A stretch of 64,000 nucleotides of DNA, taken from positions 141,984 through 205,983 of the forward strand of contig OY969413.1 in NCBI GenBank assembly GCA_963699165.1, given 5' to 3'. The stretch comes from Candidatus Kaiserbacteria bacterium. GTDB taxonomy: Bacteria; Patescibacteriota; Minisyncoccia; Phycocordibacterales; Phycocordibacteraceae. Under the pieces are notes generated by a model, which searched no databases, was not told the DNA's origin, and saw only the letters and a program-made list of their open reading frames with translations. This document shows positions 18,533 through 28,162 of the stretch, piece by piece (within the stretch, counting starts at the first letter, position 1; each line of letters begins with the position of its first letter). The translations under genes were made by a program, and so were the position numbers.

Positions 18533-18758
18533 AATCATCGGGGTCCCCGTTTCTTAGTTGAGCGACCTGCTCGGCATCGGCATTCCACCACGGGCTTCCG
18601 ATGCTTTGTAAAGTTTCTTCCTCGGGGACGACCTCTGCTAATCTCCGGCTTGCGCTCTTTCGACTTCGACGACTCGCGAGTCGCTCACGCGCTCCGGGGT
18701 CAGTGTTTGCCTTCAATATGTCCCGACGCACGTGGTCCGGAATGTGTCTTTCCCCCAT
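18531..18758 (-). CDS. Hypothetical small protein
   Basis: 75-aa ORF ending at the terminator. Confidence 0.3.
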   Translation of the reverse strand: MGERHIPDHVRRDILKANTDPGARERLASRRSRKSASRRLAEVVPEEETLQSIGSPWWNADAEQVAQLRNGDPDD

Positions 18759-18840
18759 AGTACCCCATCTCCTTAGGAGGTGCTATCAGCTTTCCATCAT
18801 ACATAATATCGAAATATAGTCAAGTTTTTCGCCTGTGCAT

Positions 18841-18886
18841 AAAAAGCCCGTGGCGGGGTCGAAACCTCCGCCACGGGGGATGTTTT
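18841..18886. terminator. Bidirectional terminator
   Basis: AAAAAGCCCGTGGCGGggtcgaaacctCCGCCACGGGggatgTTTT. Confidence 0.5.
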
Positions 18887-19208
18887 AGTCGCGGTCCGGA
18901 TATCGATTCGAAAGGATATCCAGCACCATCTCGATTTTATCTACGACTCGGTGCGGCAATTCGAATTGTTGCGCAATTTCCCTCGGGTCGAAACGGCAGT
19001 CGATGACCTTCGGACTTAGGTGCCTAATGCCCGTTCCATCCGAAATGAGCATGTCGGCTCTGCGGTGCCTTCTGATGGTGCCGTTCAAACGGTCTGCATG
19101 GGAACACAAAACTAAATCGAACGGAAGATTTTGTTTCGCCGCGAGCCACTTAATGCTTGCAAAGCTGCCGGATCTCGCCGTTACGACAATGACTGTTGTT
19201 CTGCGCAC
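18885..19208 (-). CDS. Hypothetical protein
   Basis: 107-aa ORF (MRRTTVIVVTARSGSFASIKWL...); no confident family. Confidence 0.35.
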   Translation of the reverse strand: MRRTTVIVVTARSGSFASIKWLAAKQNLPFDLVLCSHADRLNGTIRRHRRADMLISDGTGIRHLSPKVIDCRFDPREIAQQFELPHRVVDKIEMVLDILSNRYPDRD

Positions 19209-19300
19209 GCAAACTCCTCACTCTGCGAATGTGCTTTTCGAAAAACGTCGCATTCGGATTTCTTCTCGTCGCATCGTAATATATATAGTATGATGCGGGT

Positions 19301-20041
19301 ATGAATCCGATTCTACAGCGCGGCGTTCTTTTTCTCGTTCCGTTCTCGCTCGTGTTTTGGTACATGCACGAACAATTCGAATCGGCGATTTTCCGCTCGA
19401 TTCAAAACGGACTCTCCGGATTTTATTCGGCCGATGGAATCATTTTCGGACTTATCGTCGCGTTCGTCATTCAACGGGAATGGGAAATTTGGACGAAACT
19501 TTCGGAGTCGGTTCAGACGGAAATCGACGCGGTTCGCGAATTGTGGAAATGGAGCTCGTTTGCCGAGCCGTCGCTGTGCAATGAGGCGCATCACCACCTC
19601 GAGCAATACCTAAAATGCATCGTTTCAGAGTGGCATAAGGGCGGGGAAGCCGAACGCAGCAAGAGCGTCGACGACGAGCTTGACGCGCTCCGAAGCATGG
19701 TTGCCGCAATGTCGGCGTCCGTGGGGAGTTTGAGTTTTCAATTGCAGGGCGCGTTTACCAATCTGGTGCAGGCGCGCAATCAGCGCTTGAGTTTCGGCAA
19801 CCAGCATATGCCGGGCATCCTGAAGCGCATCGTTATTTTTGCCGACATGCTGCTCATCCTTCTGTCTCTATTTATCGCGGTCAACAATCTGTACATCGAT
19901 TACATTTTTACCGCGTCAATCGGCTTGTTGGCGTTCGCGCTGATTTTGGTTGTCGATGACCTCGACAATCCGTTTCGGCCGGGCGCATGGCACTTGACGA
20001 CTGCGGGGTACGAGGCGATTCTCGCGGAATTGACTCACTGA
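19301..20041 (+). CDS. Integral membrane protein of unknown function (DUF4239/bestrophin-like topology)
   Basis: 246 aa with N- and C-terminal TM pairs and a central soluble coiled region; strong terminator follows. Confidence 0.5.
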   Translation: MNPILQRGVLFLVPFSLVFWYMHEQFESAIFRSIQNGLSGFYSADGIIFGLIVAFVIQREWEIWTKLSESVQTEIDAVRELWKWSSFAEPSLCNEAHHHLEQYLKCIVSEWHKGGEAERSKSVDDELDALRSMVAAMSASVGSLSFQLQGAFTNLVQARNQRLSFGNQHMPGILKRIVIFADMLLILLSLFIAVNNLYIDYIFTASIGLLAFALILVVDDLDNPFRPGAWHLTTAGYEAILAELTH

Positions 20042-20046
20042 ACGAG

Positions 20047-20097
20047 AAAAGCGCGCGGCGGCATGATTTTCATCATGCCGCCGCGCGCTTTTCTTTT
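20047..20097. terminator. Strong bidirectional terminator
   Basis: AAAAGCGCGCGGCGGCATGAttttcaTCATGCCGCCGCGCGCTTTTCTTTTT. Confidence 0.65.
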
Positions 20098-20106
20098 TGA
20101 CGGGTA

Positions 20107-20772
20107 TTAATTGCCGGTGGTGAGGTTGCTCGCGGGCGTCATGGTGACATTGTCCGAACGATCAATCGACCGGATTACGTAATTGTACGTAGTGCTCGGT
20201 TGAAGTCCGGTAATCGTAATCGATTCGTTTGTCTGAGGCGTAGTGTTTTGCGCGAGCGTGCCGCTGATATAGGGCTGCTGGAAGGGCGCGGTCGCCTCGT
20301 TTGATTGAATCGGTTGCGTGCTGTAATACACCTGTCCCTGCGCCGGTTCGTTCGTCGACCAGCTCAGGGTGGCGCCATTCGAGTTTGTCGTTGCCGAGAA
20401 ATTCGATATTACCGGGACGCTCGTATCGAGTCCGAGACCCGAGTTCATCACGGCATTGATTTTTGCCAAGGTCGCCGGTCCAACGCGGCCGACTTGCGCG
20501 ATGCCGTAGCTAACTTGAAACTGCGTAACAGCGGCCTCTGTGAGGGCGCCGAAGTATCCCGTAACGGCTCCCTGTGGATAGATAAGCGGATTCGTTGCGA
20601 GGAATTGTTGAAGCGCCGTCACGTCGCTGCCGGTCGAACCGAGGCCCAGTTGCGTTGTGAGCGCCGCATTCGCATGCCCGGAACCGGCGGTGAACAAAAC
20701 GGCAAGAAACAGCACCGAAAACACGGATGTCGGCAAGAGATTTTTGCTTACGGAGATTGTGTGCATATTCAT
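20107..20772 (-). CDS. Secreted peptidoglycan-binding (PG_binding_1) plus fibronectin-III-like domain protein
   Basis: Signal peptide; TGSDVTALQQFLATNPLIYPQGAVTGYFGALTEAAVTQFQVSYGIAQVGRVGPAT; C-terminal beta-sandwich-like region. Confidence 0.55.
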   Translation of the reverse strand: MNMHTISVSKNLLPTSVFSVLFLAVLFTAGSGHANAALTTQLGLGSTGSDVTALQQFLATNPLIYPQGAVTGYFGALTEAAVTQFQVSYGIAQVGRVGPATLAKINAVMNSGLGLDTSVPVISNFSATTNSNGATLSWSTNEPAQGQVYYSTQPIQSNEATAPFQQPYISGTLAQNTTPQTNESITITGLQPSTTYNYVIRSIDRSDNVTMTPASNLTTGN

Positions 20773-20889
20773 AAAGGGTATTGAGACAATGCCGATAAAT
20801 AATAAGATGCTGGTCGAATGCTCGGCCGCGTATCCGGCCTCTATGGGCGGTGCCGTTGCATGAAGAGTATGATGACAGCCGCGGCGCGG

Positions 20890-21573
20890 TCATTTCTGTC
20901 CTTTGATGCCCTTGATTTGCCGTTCCAGTTCCTTAATTTGGTTTTCCAATTTGTTTGTTCGTTCGGAAATATTTTCTTCCAACTTCTCCTCCATGTGATG
21001 CGTGTGATTGACGAGCGTTTCCGCGACGCTCATAATTTCAGTCACGTCTTCGATTGCCAGCAAAATGATATCGGGAAACAATTTCGAACCGGCGCTGCCG
21101 GCGAAATAAAATTGCCGCGCGTTCACCAGCAATACTTTTCGCCCGACAAACGGAAAATCGTGCACAAGTTCGAATCCTTTAAAAAAAGCATTTGCGGGTA
21201 AAATATCTTCCAGCAATCTTCTCAATTCGGGAATATTCCACTGTCCGTTTCCGAGTTCATACACCGGGACGAGCTCGGCATCCGTGCGATTAATCTGAAA
21301 TGTCCGGCAAAACTCGTCGTTTACCGCCGTAACGCGCAATTCCGTGTCCAAAATCAATACCGGTTCGCGCGCTATGTCGACGACCGCTTTGACGTACGTC
21401 CATCCTTCTTCCCATACTCGTGCAATGAAATCGTCCCACACGGATGCGGATGTTTTTTGAGGATTATTTTTTATCGCCATATCAGTGAGCCGCACTGCGC
21501 CTCCAATTATTGCGGCGGCGTGTAAACTGGCGCCGCGAATCGCATCTCGATTTGCGGCGCAAAAAATCCGCAA
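20890..21573 (-). CDS. Kinase-less PAS-domain protein with C-terminal coiled coil (paralog of the PAS region of the histidine kinase at 24133..25176)
   Basis: EPVLILDTELRVTAVNDEFCRTFQINRTDAELVPVYELGNGQWNIPELRRLLEDILP aligns with EPLIVLDEDLRVVAASRSFYEDFRLSKESSVDKKFYELDGGKWDIPELRTLLEEVIP of the kinase. It ends in EEKLEENISERTNKLENQIKELERQIKG, with no H-box or ATPase. True start may be the internal Met near 21480. Confidence 0.6.
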   Translation of the reverse strand: MRIFCAANRDAIRGASLHAAAIIGGAVRLTDMAIKNNPQKTSASVWDDFIARVWEEGWTYVKAVVDIAREPVLILDTELRVTAVNDEFCRTFQINRTDAELVPVYELGNGQWNIPELRRLLEDILPANAFFKGFELVHDFPFVGRKVLLVNARQFYFAGSAGSKLFPDIILLAIEDVTEIMSVAETLVNHTHHMEEKLEENISERTNKLENQIKELERQIKGIKGQK

Positions 21574-21631
21574 ATGAAATAGGCGCGAATTTTATCTCAA
21601 AAAGACATTCACCGTACTTTCACTGTAATAG

Positions 21632-22186
21632 GTGTGTAATACGCGGGTGATTTCCCAAATTCCAACACCCTCTATGACTTTCCAAGAACAAATCATGCGT
21701 CAGGCGGCATTGACCGAGGCCTATAACGACCACAGAAAAAAACTAAATTCCTATGCATTTCTTAAGGTGCATAATCAGGCCGTGAGCGAGGATTTGGTGC
21801 AGGAGACCTTTACGAAGACGTGGAAGTATCTCGTGCGGGGCGGGCGCATCGATATCATGAAGGCCTTTCTTTACCACATACTCAACAACCTCATCGTGGA
21901 CGAATACCGGAAGCACAAAAACGTCTCGCTCGATGTTCTTCTCGAAAAAGGATATGAACCGAGCGTTGACACATCGGACCAGATGTTAAACGCGCTCGAC
22001 GGGGATTCGGCGGTCGTACTGATTCAGCGTCTGCCGCCCATGTATCAAAACGTCATACGCATGCGATATGTGCAAGGCCTGACGCTCGCGGAAATGGCGC
22101 TTATTACGGGGAAGTCGAAAAACACGATGGCCGTGCAGGTGCATCGCGGACTCGCAAAGCTCAAACAACTGTACAACCGTACCTAG
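21632..22186 (+). CDS. ECF-type sigma-70 family RNA polymerase sigma factor
   Basis: Region 2 (LVQETFTKTWKYL) and region 4 HTH (LTLAEMALITGKSKNTMAVQVHRGLAKLK). No adjacent canonical anti-sigma factor. Confidence 0.75.
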   Translation: MCNTRVISQIPTPSMTFQEQIMRQAALTEAYNDHRKKLNSYAFLKVHNQAVSEDLVQETFTKTWKYLVRGGRIDIMKAFLYHILNNLIVDEYRKHKNVSLDVLLEKGYEPSVDTSDQMLNALDGDSAVVLIQRLPPMYQNVIRMRYVQGLTLAEMALITGKSKNTMAVQVHRGLAKLKQLYNRT

Positions 22187-22193
22187 GTTGTGC

Positions 22194-22238
22194 GGCTAAC
22201 TGAAAGGGCCGCGCAATGCGCGGCCCTTTCAGTTAGCC
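22194..22238 (+). terminator. Terminator after sigma factor gene
   Basis: GGCTAACTGAAAGGGCCGCGCaatgCGCGGCCCTTTCAGTTAGCC long perfect hairpin. Confidence 0.6.
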
Positions 22239-22473
22239 GCGTAATGCGGCAGCAGAGTAGTCATAGCTATCGACATGATGATCAATAACGAAAGAGCTGA
22301 GAATGCGATCGTGGCCGCGTTTCTTCGCGCATTGTACTCGCCCGAAGATGAAAGAATTATGAAAATAAGGCGTATTCCGGCGTCCGGGCGCCTTCATCTT
22401 GCGTTCATGAGGACAGGGCTACACTGCATTCACGGTGCGGGGATTATTTATTAGAAATGGTACTATTGTCAAT

Positions 22474-23148
22474 ATGAGAATACTTGTTGTCGAAGACGAG
22501 GTAAAGCTCGCCGAGAGCTTGGCCGAAGGGCTCGCAAAAAAGGGGTATGCGGTTGACGCGATACACGACGGCGCAAAGGCGTTCACGCGCATATCAATGT
22601 ACCGCAACGACTACGATTTGGTCATCCTCGATCTCATGCTGCCCTCGATGAGCGGATATGATATCTGCAGGCAGATGCGCGCCGAAGGGATGACCGTGCC
22701 GATTTTGGTGCTGACCGCGCGAAGCGAAATCGACGACAAAGTCCAGCTGCTCCTTGCCGGCGCCGATGACTATCTCGAAAAGCCGTTTTCGTTCGCGGAA
22801 CTCACGGCGCGCATTCAGGCGATATTGCGCCGGCCGACTGCGTCGATTCCGTCGGTGCTGCAGGCGCTCGACATCGAGCTCAATCCTTCAGAGCACACGG
22901 CCGCACGCGACGGAGTTCCGCTCACGCTCACGCTCAAGGAATTCGGCCTGCTTGAATATTTTCTCCGCCATCCGAATCAGGTCGTAAATCGCGAAGATCT
23001 CATCACGCACTTATGGGACTCAAATTACGAGTCATTTAGCAACGTAGTCGATGTCCATGTCAAAAACCTCCGCCAAAAACTTGATCGCGGCTCGTACCCA
23101 AGCATACTGGAGACGGTTCGAGGCATCGGTTACCGGCTTCGCGCATAG
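22474..23148 (+). CDS. OmpR-family two-component response regulator
   Basis: MRILVVEDEVKLAE ... DLVILDLMLP ... LVLTARSEIDDKVQLLLAGADDYLEKPFSFAEL ... winged-helix C-terminus IGYRL. Confidence 0.85.
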   Translation: MRILVVEDEVKLAESLAEGLAKKGYAVDAIHDGAKAFTRISMYRNDYDLVILDLMLPSMSGYDICRQMRAEGMTVPILVLTARSEIDDKVQLLLAGADDYLEKPFSFAELTARIQAILRRPTASIPSVLQALDIELNPSEHTAARDGVPLTLTLKEFGLLEYFLRHPNQVVNREDLITHLWDSNYESFSNVVDVHVKNLRQKLDRGSYPSILETVRGIGYRLRA

Positions 23149-24148
23149 GCATAAACTCAAGCTTTTTTTCCGCGTCGAGACGAAAATCATTCTCGCGCAA
23201 GCGGTGTTCGGCCTGCTCATCATCGGGGTCGTTGCCTTCCTTATCTCGTTTGCGCGCACACGCGGGTTCAATTTGATGAGTACCGATGTTCTCACCGACG
23301 TCGTCATCGTCGCGGTTACCGCGGCGTTTGGATATCTTGTCATGCGGCTTGCGCTTGCGCCGACGCACGAAGCGCTCGTCGCGCAGAAACGATTTATCAA
23401 CAGCATTGCGCACGAACTTCGCACGCCGCTGTCGATTATGCGCATGAATGCCGAAGTGACCTTGCTTGAGGAAAATCTCGACGGGCATATTCGCACGCTG
23501 CTCGATTCGAATATCGAGGAAATCGACCGCACGAGCCATATCATCAACAATGTTTTGCTGATGAGCACGTTTCTCGGACCGGATAAAATGGAGTTTGTCG
23601 ATGTCGATCTCGGCAGGATCGTTGACCGCATGTTGCAGAAGCTCGCACCGCTCGCGGAATACCGCGGCATTCGCATTGTCGTGAAAAAAATCGACGGCGG
23701 GGTAGTCGTCGGCAATGCGCAGGCGCTGGAACATGCCGTCGAAAACATCGTTACCAATGCCATAACCTTCACACCGTTCGGCGGCAAAATAAAAATTACC
23801 ATCGGTCCGGAACGGCGGGGCGCAGTCGATTTAACGGTTGAGGACACGGGCATCGGCATTGAACGAAAAGACATCAAGTCCATACTCGAGCCGTTTTATC
23901 GTTCCGAGACGTCGCGAAATCGCGCATTTGGCGGTTCCGGCCTCGGCCTCGCCATCGTAAATGAAATAGTGAAAATGCACCACGGCAAGATTTACATATG
24001 CAGCGCGCCAGGGAAGGGCACAACCGTGTTCGTCTCGCTTGCCCGAAGCCGCGCGCCGCACGGAGAAAAGAAACCGAATGTCGGTTTCGCCGGCGCCGCG
24101 GCCGATGCCGCAAAAATTCGTCAAAATCTGTCTTACTCGCGCGGATGA
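23051..24148 (+). CDS. Sensor histidine kinase (HisKA + HATPase_c), cognate to the OmpR regulator
   Basis: TM segment, H-box FINSIAHELRTPLS, N/G1/G2 boxes (VEDTGIGI .. GGSGLGLAIV). Start uncertain: first ATG overlaps regulator by about 100 bp. Confidence 0.75.
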   Translation: MSMSKTSAKNLIAARTQAYWRRFEASVTGFAHRHKLKLFFRVETKIILAQAVFGLLIIGVVAFLISFARTRGFNLMSTDVLTDVVIVAVTAAFGYLVMRLALAPTHEALVAQKRFINSIAHELRTPLSIMRMNAEVTLLEENLDGHIRTLLDSNIEEIDRTSHIINNVLLMSTFLGPDKMEFVDVDLGRIVDRMLQKLAPLAEYRGIRIVVKKIDGGVVVGNAQALEHAVENIVTNAITFTPFGGKIKITIGPERRGAVDLTVEDTGIGIERKDIKSILEPFYRSETSRNRAFGGSGLGLAIVNEIVKMHHGKIYICSAPGKGTTVFVSLARSRAPHGEKKPNVGFAGAAADAAKIRQNLSYSRG

Positions 24149-25176
24149 GCAATCGAGACGCTTGTTCCTTTCGGCGAACTTTCGGTGCGAACGACGGCGC
24201 CCAGCTGGCTTGCAAGCGCGCCGACGATGCTGGTGCCGAGTCCGCCGCGGTCACCCTCTCTATTTTTTTCCGTATGGCCGACGCCGTTGTCCCGTACTCC
24301 GAGCGTCCATGCCGAACCGTCCGATTCGTAGGTGACGGTAATTTCCCCTTTTTTTCCGTTCGGAAACGCGTGTTTTATCGAATTGATAACCAACTCGGTG
24401 GTGATAAGCCCCATGCTTATGGCCATATCCGACGACGCGGAGCCCTTGCCCGCGACGACTTCTATTTTAATCGGTTTGCGGTCGGCAATCATCGAACGCT
24501 CCAAGCTGTCGCAGAGCCCTTGCAAATACTTCGAGATTCCCACATCCTCTCCGATGCCGACGGGATCGAGCTGCTGTTCGACCGTTGCGATTGACAAAAT
24601 GCGCTGGTGCGCGTCTTCGAGATGCCGGCGGCTTTCCTTCGATTCGACCGTCTCGGCCTTCAGTATCAAAATGCTCGCAATGAGCTGCAAGCTGTTCGCG
24701 ATGCGATGCCGCATTTCGCGCAGCAGCACGTCTTTTTGCGCCATGAGTTTTTCGCGGTCGAGTTCGAGCGTCCGCCGTGCGGTGACGTCCGAAATCGACA
24801 GCAGCATTTTCCGTTGTTTGTCGGGAAAACGTATTTCACGCGCATTAATAAGAACCGTCCGCGGTTCGGACGCGGGCGAAAGGTGGGATACCTCGTAGCC
24901 GGTTACGACTTTGTGCTTCGGTATCACCTCCTCCAAAAGCGTGCGCAGTTCGGGAATGTCCCATTTCCCGCCGTCGAGTTCGTAAAACTTCTTATCGACG
25001 GACGATTCTTTCGATAGGCGGAAGTCCTCGTAAAAAGAACGGCTTGCGGCGACCACGCGCAAATCCTCATCAAGGACAATCAGCGGCTCGCGAATGGTAT
25101 CTATGATTGCGCGCGAAAGGACGTGCCCATCTTTTGAGTCATCGAGCGGATCAAAGACCCTCTGCGGATTCTCCAT
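24133..25176 (-). CDS. Cytoplasmic PAS-domain HisKA_2/HWE-type sensor histidine kinase
   Basis: N-terminal PAS, H-box REMRHRIANSLQLIASIL (HisKA_2 type), HATPase_c (DNGVG ... GGLGTSIV). Convergent with the other kinase gene. Confidence 0.7.
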   Translation of the reverse strand: MENPQRVFDPLDDSKDGHVLSRAIIDTIREPLIVLDEDLRVVAASRSFYEDFRLSKESSVDKKFYELDGGKWDIPELRTLLEEVIPKHKVVTGYEVSHLSPASEPRTVLINAREIRFPDKQRKMLLSISDVTARRTLELDREKLMAQKDVLLREMRHRIANSLQLIASILILKAETVESKESRRHLEDAHQRILSIATVEQQLDPVGIGEDVGISKYLQGLCDSLERSMIADRKPIKIEVVAGKGSASSDMAISMGLITTELVINSIKHAFPNGKKGEITVTYESDGSAWTLGVRDNGVGHTEKNREGDRGGLGTSIVGALASQLGAVVRTESSPKGTSVSIAHPRE

Positions 25177-25286
25177 GTACTCACACTATACTGCATGTTA
25201 ATGAAAGTAAAATGAATTTCTGGGGATGGCGATAGCAGGTCGTAAATTCACGCATTCTCCATGATGAAAAGGGTACTTTTAGTTGC

Positions 25287-25685
25287 ATGTACGGCACCAT
25301 CGCTTTGTATCGGATATATTTCAACATCGCGCGCCGGTCGGCGTGGACGATTGCATTCCTCCTACTTTCTTTCGGCAATTTCGGTTTTATCCAAAATTAT
25401 GCGCACGCCGCCGGTGCCGCGTATGCCGGTGGAGCATCGCTCACCGATGGAGCGGGAACGTTTCTCGGCGGGGAGTTCGCTATGAACACGTTTAATGACG
25501 CGGTGAATCCGCATTCGGGAGTAGTAAGCACCGCCGCGCCGGTGTTGCCGTGGCAATATGTCGCAGTTGCGTTCGCACTGCTCGCTGCAGCCGCCGTATA
25601 TGTTTTTGCGCGCTCGGCGTCGAGTGCGCGCAAAATAAAAATAGCTAGGAATATTTCCATCAAAACGGCGCGCTCCGCCGCATAG
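25287..25685 (+). CDS. Hypothetical small protein with N-terminal signal/TM and C-terminal TM anchor
   Basis: ORF only; hydrophobic termini, Ala/Gly-rich. Confidence 0.3.
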   Translation: MYGTIALYRIYFNIARRSAWTIAFLLLSFGNFGFIQNYAHAAGAAYAGGASLTDGAGTFLGGEFAMNTFNDAVNPHSGVVSTAAPVLPWQYVAVAFALLAAAAVYVFARSASSARKIKIARNISIKTARSAA

Positions 25686-25759
25686 AGTTATCGGGCGGAA
25701 TCGTGTTGGTACAAACACAAGTCCGCCGGTCTGCGCGATGCGCAGACCGGCGGTTCCGC

Positions 25760-26164
25760 TTAGGGCCATTCGATTGGGACCTCGGCGCGAGGAGCGCGCT
25801 CGAAGCATTCCTCCGGGAAAAGGTATTGCTCGAAATCTCGCAGCACCAGTGCCGAATGTTCCGCCTCCTTCACTGCGGTCAGCATGGTGAAAAGCGTTGG
25901 GCGGTATTCATCCGGTCGTGTGACGAATATCACACTAATCGCCGTGACCGGTGTAATCTTCCGTACGACAATGAACACGGTTTTCCCCGGACCCCGTTGG
26001 TCTTCGATGTATCCGGGTTCGTAGAACACGTTGCCGTCAACATCTGTGAGTACTAGTCGATTGAGGGAAACGCAGTCAAGTCCTCGAAGTACGACGTGGC
26101 ACCCCGTTTCGATTTTTTCCTTTAATCTCTCGGTCGCGCGGGTTTGCCTTTCGATTGACGCCAT
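25760..26164 (-). CDS. Hypothetical protein (134 aa)
   Basis: Start taken at MASIERQ (26164); no recognisable motif. Confidence 0.35.
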   Translation of the reverse strand: MASIERQTRATERLKEKIETGCHVVLRGLDCVSLNRLVLTDVDGNVFYEPGYIEDQRGPGKTVFIVVRKITPVTAISVIFVTRPDEYRPTLFTMLTAVKEAEHSALVLRDFEQYLFPEECFERAPRAEVPIEWP

Positions 26165-26260
26165 GCTGAACTCCTTCCGCTGGTTGTATATCAGAAATAG
26201 GGGACATAGGCAACATTTTGTACTATGCTGCATGCAGGTTGCTATCGAATGGAGAGTACG

Positions 26261-26500
26261 ATGTTCGGTTGGTTTTTTGTCATGTATCTCACGGCACTCA
26301 CGGCGGCCTTCTCGGTGTCCGCTCCTAAGACGAACCCAACTCCGAATCGAGGATGTTCGAATCCGCAGTGCAAGAAACCGGGCGCGGGTGTCTATGACGT
26401 CATTGTGATTGATGGCGTACGATTCGAGGCGTGTTCGGCCGCGTGCTTGCATCAGCTCGCCGCGCTCTATCTCAAGGTCTTGCCGACATGTAGGTGGTAA
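26261..26500 (+). CDS. Small secreted YHS/TRASH-like metal-binding domain protein
   Basis: Signal peptide MFGWFFVMYLTALTAAFSVSA; CSNPQCKKPGAGVYDVIVIDGVRFEACSAAC fits the C-x4-C ... FxxCSxxC YHS pattern; hairpin CCCGTgtggaaACGGG downstream. Confidence 0.45.
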   Translation: MFGWFFVMYLTALTAAFSVSAPKTNPTPNRGCSNPQCKKPGAGVYDVIVIDGVRFEACSAACLHQLAALYLKVLPTCRW

Positions 26501-26538
26501 CTTGTTCTCGCGCGCGTTCCCCGTGTGGAAACGGGCGC

Positions 26539-27599
26539 GGCGACTAGTCTTTTGAATTCGAACGTTTGATACATTGAGCGAATGAAAAAACCTCCGGCGG
26601 TGCGCACTTCACAAGGTCCGAACGAGACGAAATACAGATACTGTTAGCGAAGGGATACTCTTTGCAAGATGTCGGAGATGCACTCGACCGACCGAAGAGT
26701 GTCATATGGTACGAGACGCAAAAGAAGAGGAAGGGACGGCCGTATGATGCTGCATATGCGCATCACATTTCATACGTACGAAGGAAATACAGCCGAGCGG
26801 TCGGCAAGATGATTGCTCTCGACCCGAAGCTCCGGAAGTTCATCGAGGCGCATCTCTTCGACGATCAGTCGCCCGAAAACATCTCACTTCGATTGAAGCG
26901 GATCGAGAAGGATATCGGATATGCTTCATCCTCGGCTATACGCCGATATATCAAGAGCCCGTATGGCAGACGGATCGAGTCGCATCGAGCAAAGTTATTC
27001 AAGAAGAGGCGACGCTCTCGGCCATCGAAACCACACATTGCCGACAAGCGCCTGATCGACAAACGACCGAGCAAAATCAACAAGCGATGGGGATTGGGTC
27101 ACATGGAGGGCGACTTCATCGTGTCGGGCAAGAGCGGTCAAGGCATCATTCTTGGTCTGCGGGATCGCAGGGTGCGCAAAAACCTGCTGGAGCGGATCCT
27201 GCCAGTGTCAGTGCGAAACGTGGAGCGAGCGCTTCGCAGAATGAAAAAGCGGTATCCCGAGATGCAGACCATCACATTCGACAACGATATTCTCTTTCTC
27301 GAACACAAACGGCTAGAGAAGGTGCTTGGGGTGAAGATATATTTCTGTCATGTGCATGCGCCATGGGAGAAGCCATCAATCGAGAATCTGAACAAGGACT
27401 TGCGGCGGTACATCCCGAAAAGCTCGGATATTTCAAAGTATTCAAAAAGATTTGTGCAGAAACTCGAAGCAAAGATGAATCGCCGCTTCATGGATGTGCT
27501 CGGTTCACTCACGCCAGATGAGGCGTATGCTGCGGAAAAGAAACAACGCGCTCAGAGGAGCGCAAAAAACCGTCGTTCGAATTGAGGGGTTTGGGTGCC
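26539..27599 (+). mobile_element. IS30-family insertion sequence copy A (1061 bp, TSD CGC)
   Basis: Identical to copies at 35958..37018 and 46880..47940 (both minus). Ends GGCGACTAGTCTTTTGAATTCGAACG / CGTTCGAATTGAGGGGTTTGGGTGCC form imperfect IRs. CGC at 26536-38 and 27600-02. Confidence 0.85.
26662..27585 (+). CDS. IS30-family transposase
   Basis: 307 aa; N-terminal HTH, DDE core HMEGDFIVSGKS ... ITFDNDILF ... CHVHAPWEKPSIENLNKDLRRY. Confidence 0.9.
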   Translation: MQDVGDALDRPKSVIWYETQKKRKGRPYDAAYAHHISYVRRKYSRAVGKMIALDPKLRKFIEAHLFDDQSPENISLRLKRIEKDIGYASSSAIRRYIKSPYGRRIESHRAKLFKKRRRSRPSKPHIADKRLIDKRPSKINKRWGLGHMEGDFIVSGKSGQGIILGLRDRRVRKNLLERILPVSVRNVERALRRMKKRYPEMQTITFDNDILFLEHKRLEKVLGVKIYFCHVHAPWEKPSIENLNKDLRRYIPKSSDISKYSKRFVQKLEAKMNRRFMDVLGSLTPDEAYAAEKKQRAQRSAKNRRSN

Positions 27600-27720
27600 C
27601 GCTTGAAATTTTATGAAATATGGCTCGCTGGAGAGCGATTGTCAACCTTTTTTAGCCATGCATGTGCGTGCACGGAAATCGAGCCCCACATTTGTCAGGG
27701 GGCTCGAGATTGCCTTGTTA

Positions 27721-28041
27721 TCATGCGGACTTTTCCGCGCATTTGTTTAAAACCTCCTGCAAACAACTCCGCGCCGCAGTTTGGATTTCCGCGTAAAGTT
27801 GCGACTTAACGGGAAGTTGGTCCGCCTTTCCTGCCGGTTGGGAGATTTGCCTGAGATTGCCCACCATAGTCCTGTTAGGATTTTTCCTCGCCATGGGCAA
27901 CTCTCCGAAGCAATAACCCCAGACAATCTTTCCGTCTTTTCGATACCCAATGAAAACAATCGGGTATCCTTCACTGTCTTCTGAAAGTCGTGCAACGATT
28001 TTGCCGCGGCTGAAGAAATGCTCTTCGTTTTGTGGTGCCAT
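27721..28041 (-). CDS. Hypothetical protein
   Basis: 106 aa from MAPQNEEHFF; upstream Arg-rich extension of the ORF judged non-coding. Confidence 0.3.
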   Translation of the reverse strand: MAPQNEEHFFSRGKIVARLSEDSEGYPIVFIGYRKDGKIVWGYCFGELPMARKNPNRTMVGNLRQISQPAGKADQLPVKSQLYAEIQTAARSCLQEVLNKCAEKSA

Positions 28042-28162
28042 TCGAACCCTCCTGCCCTCACCATACCATCTGCGATTTTTTGAGTCCAGCGCGTGCCTCG
28101 GGGCAAAGAGAAGGGCCGCTCGTGAGAGCGGCCTTCGTGAATCCGCGCGTTTTATGCGAGTT

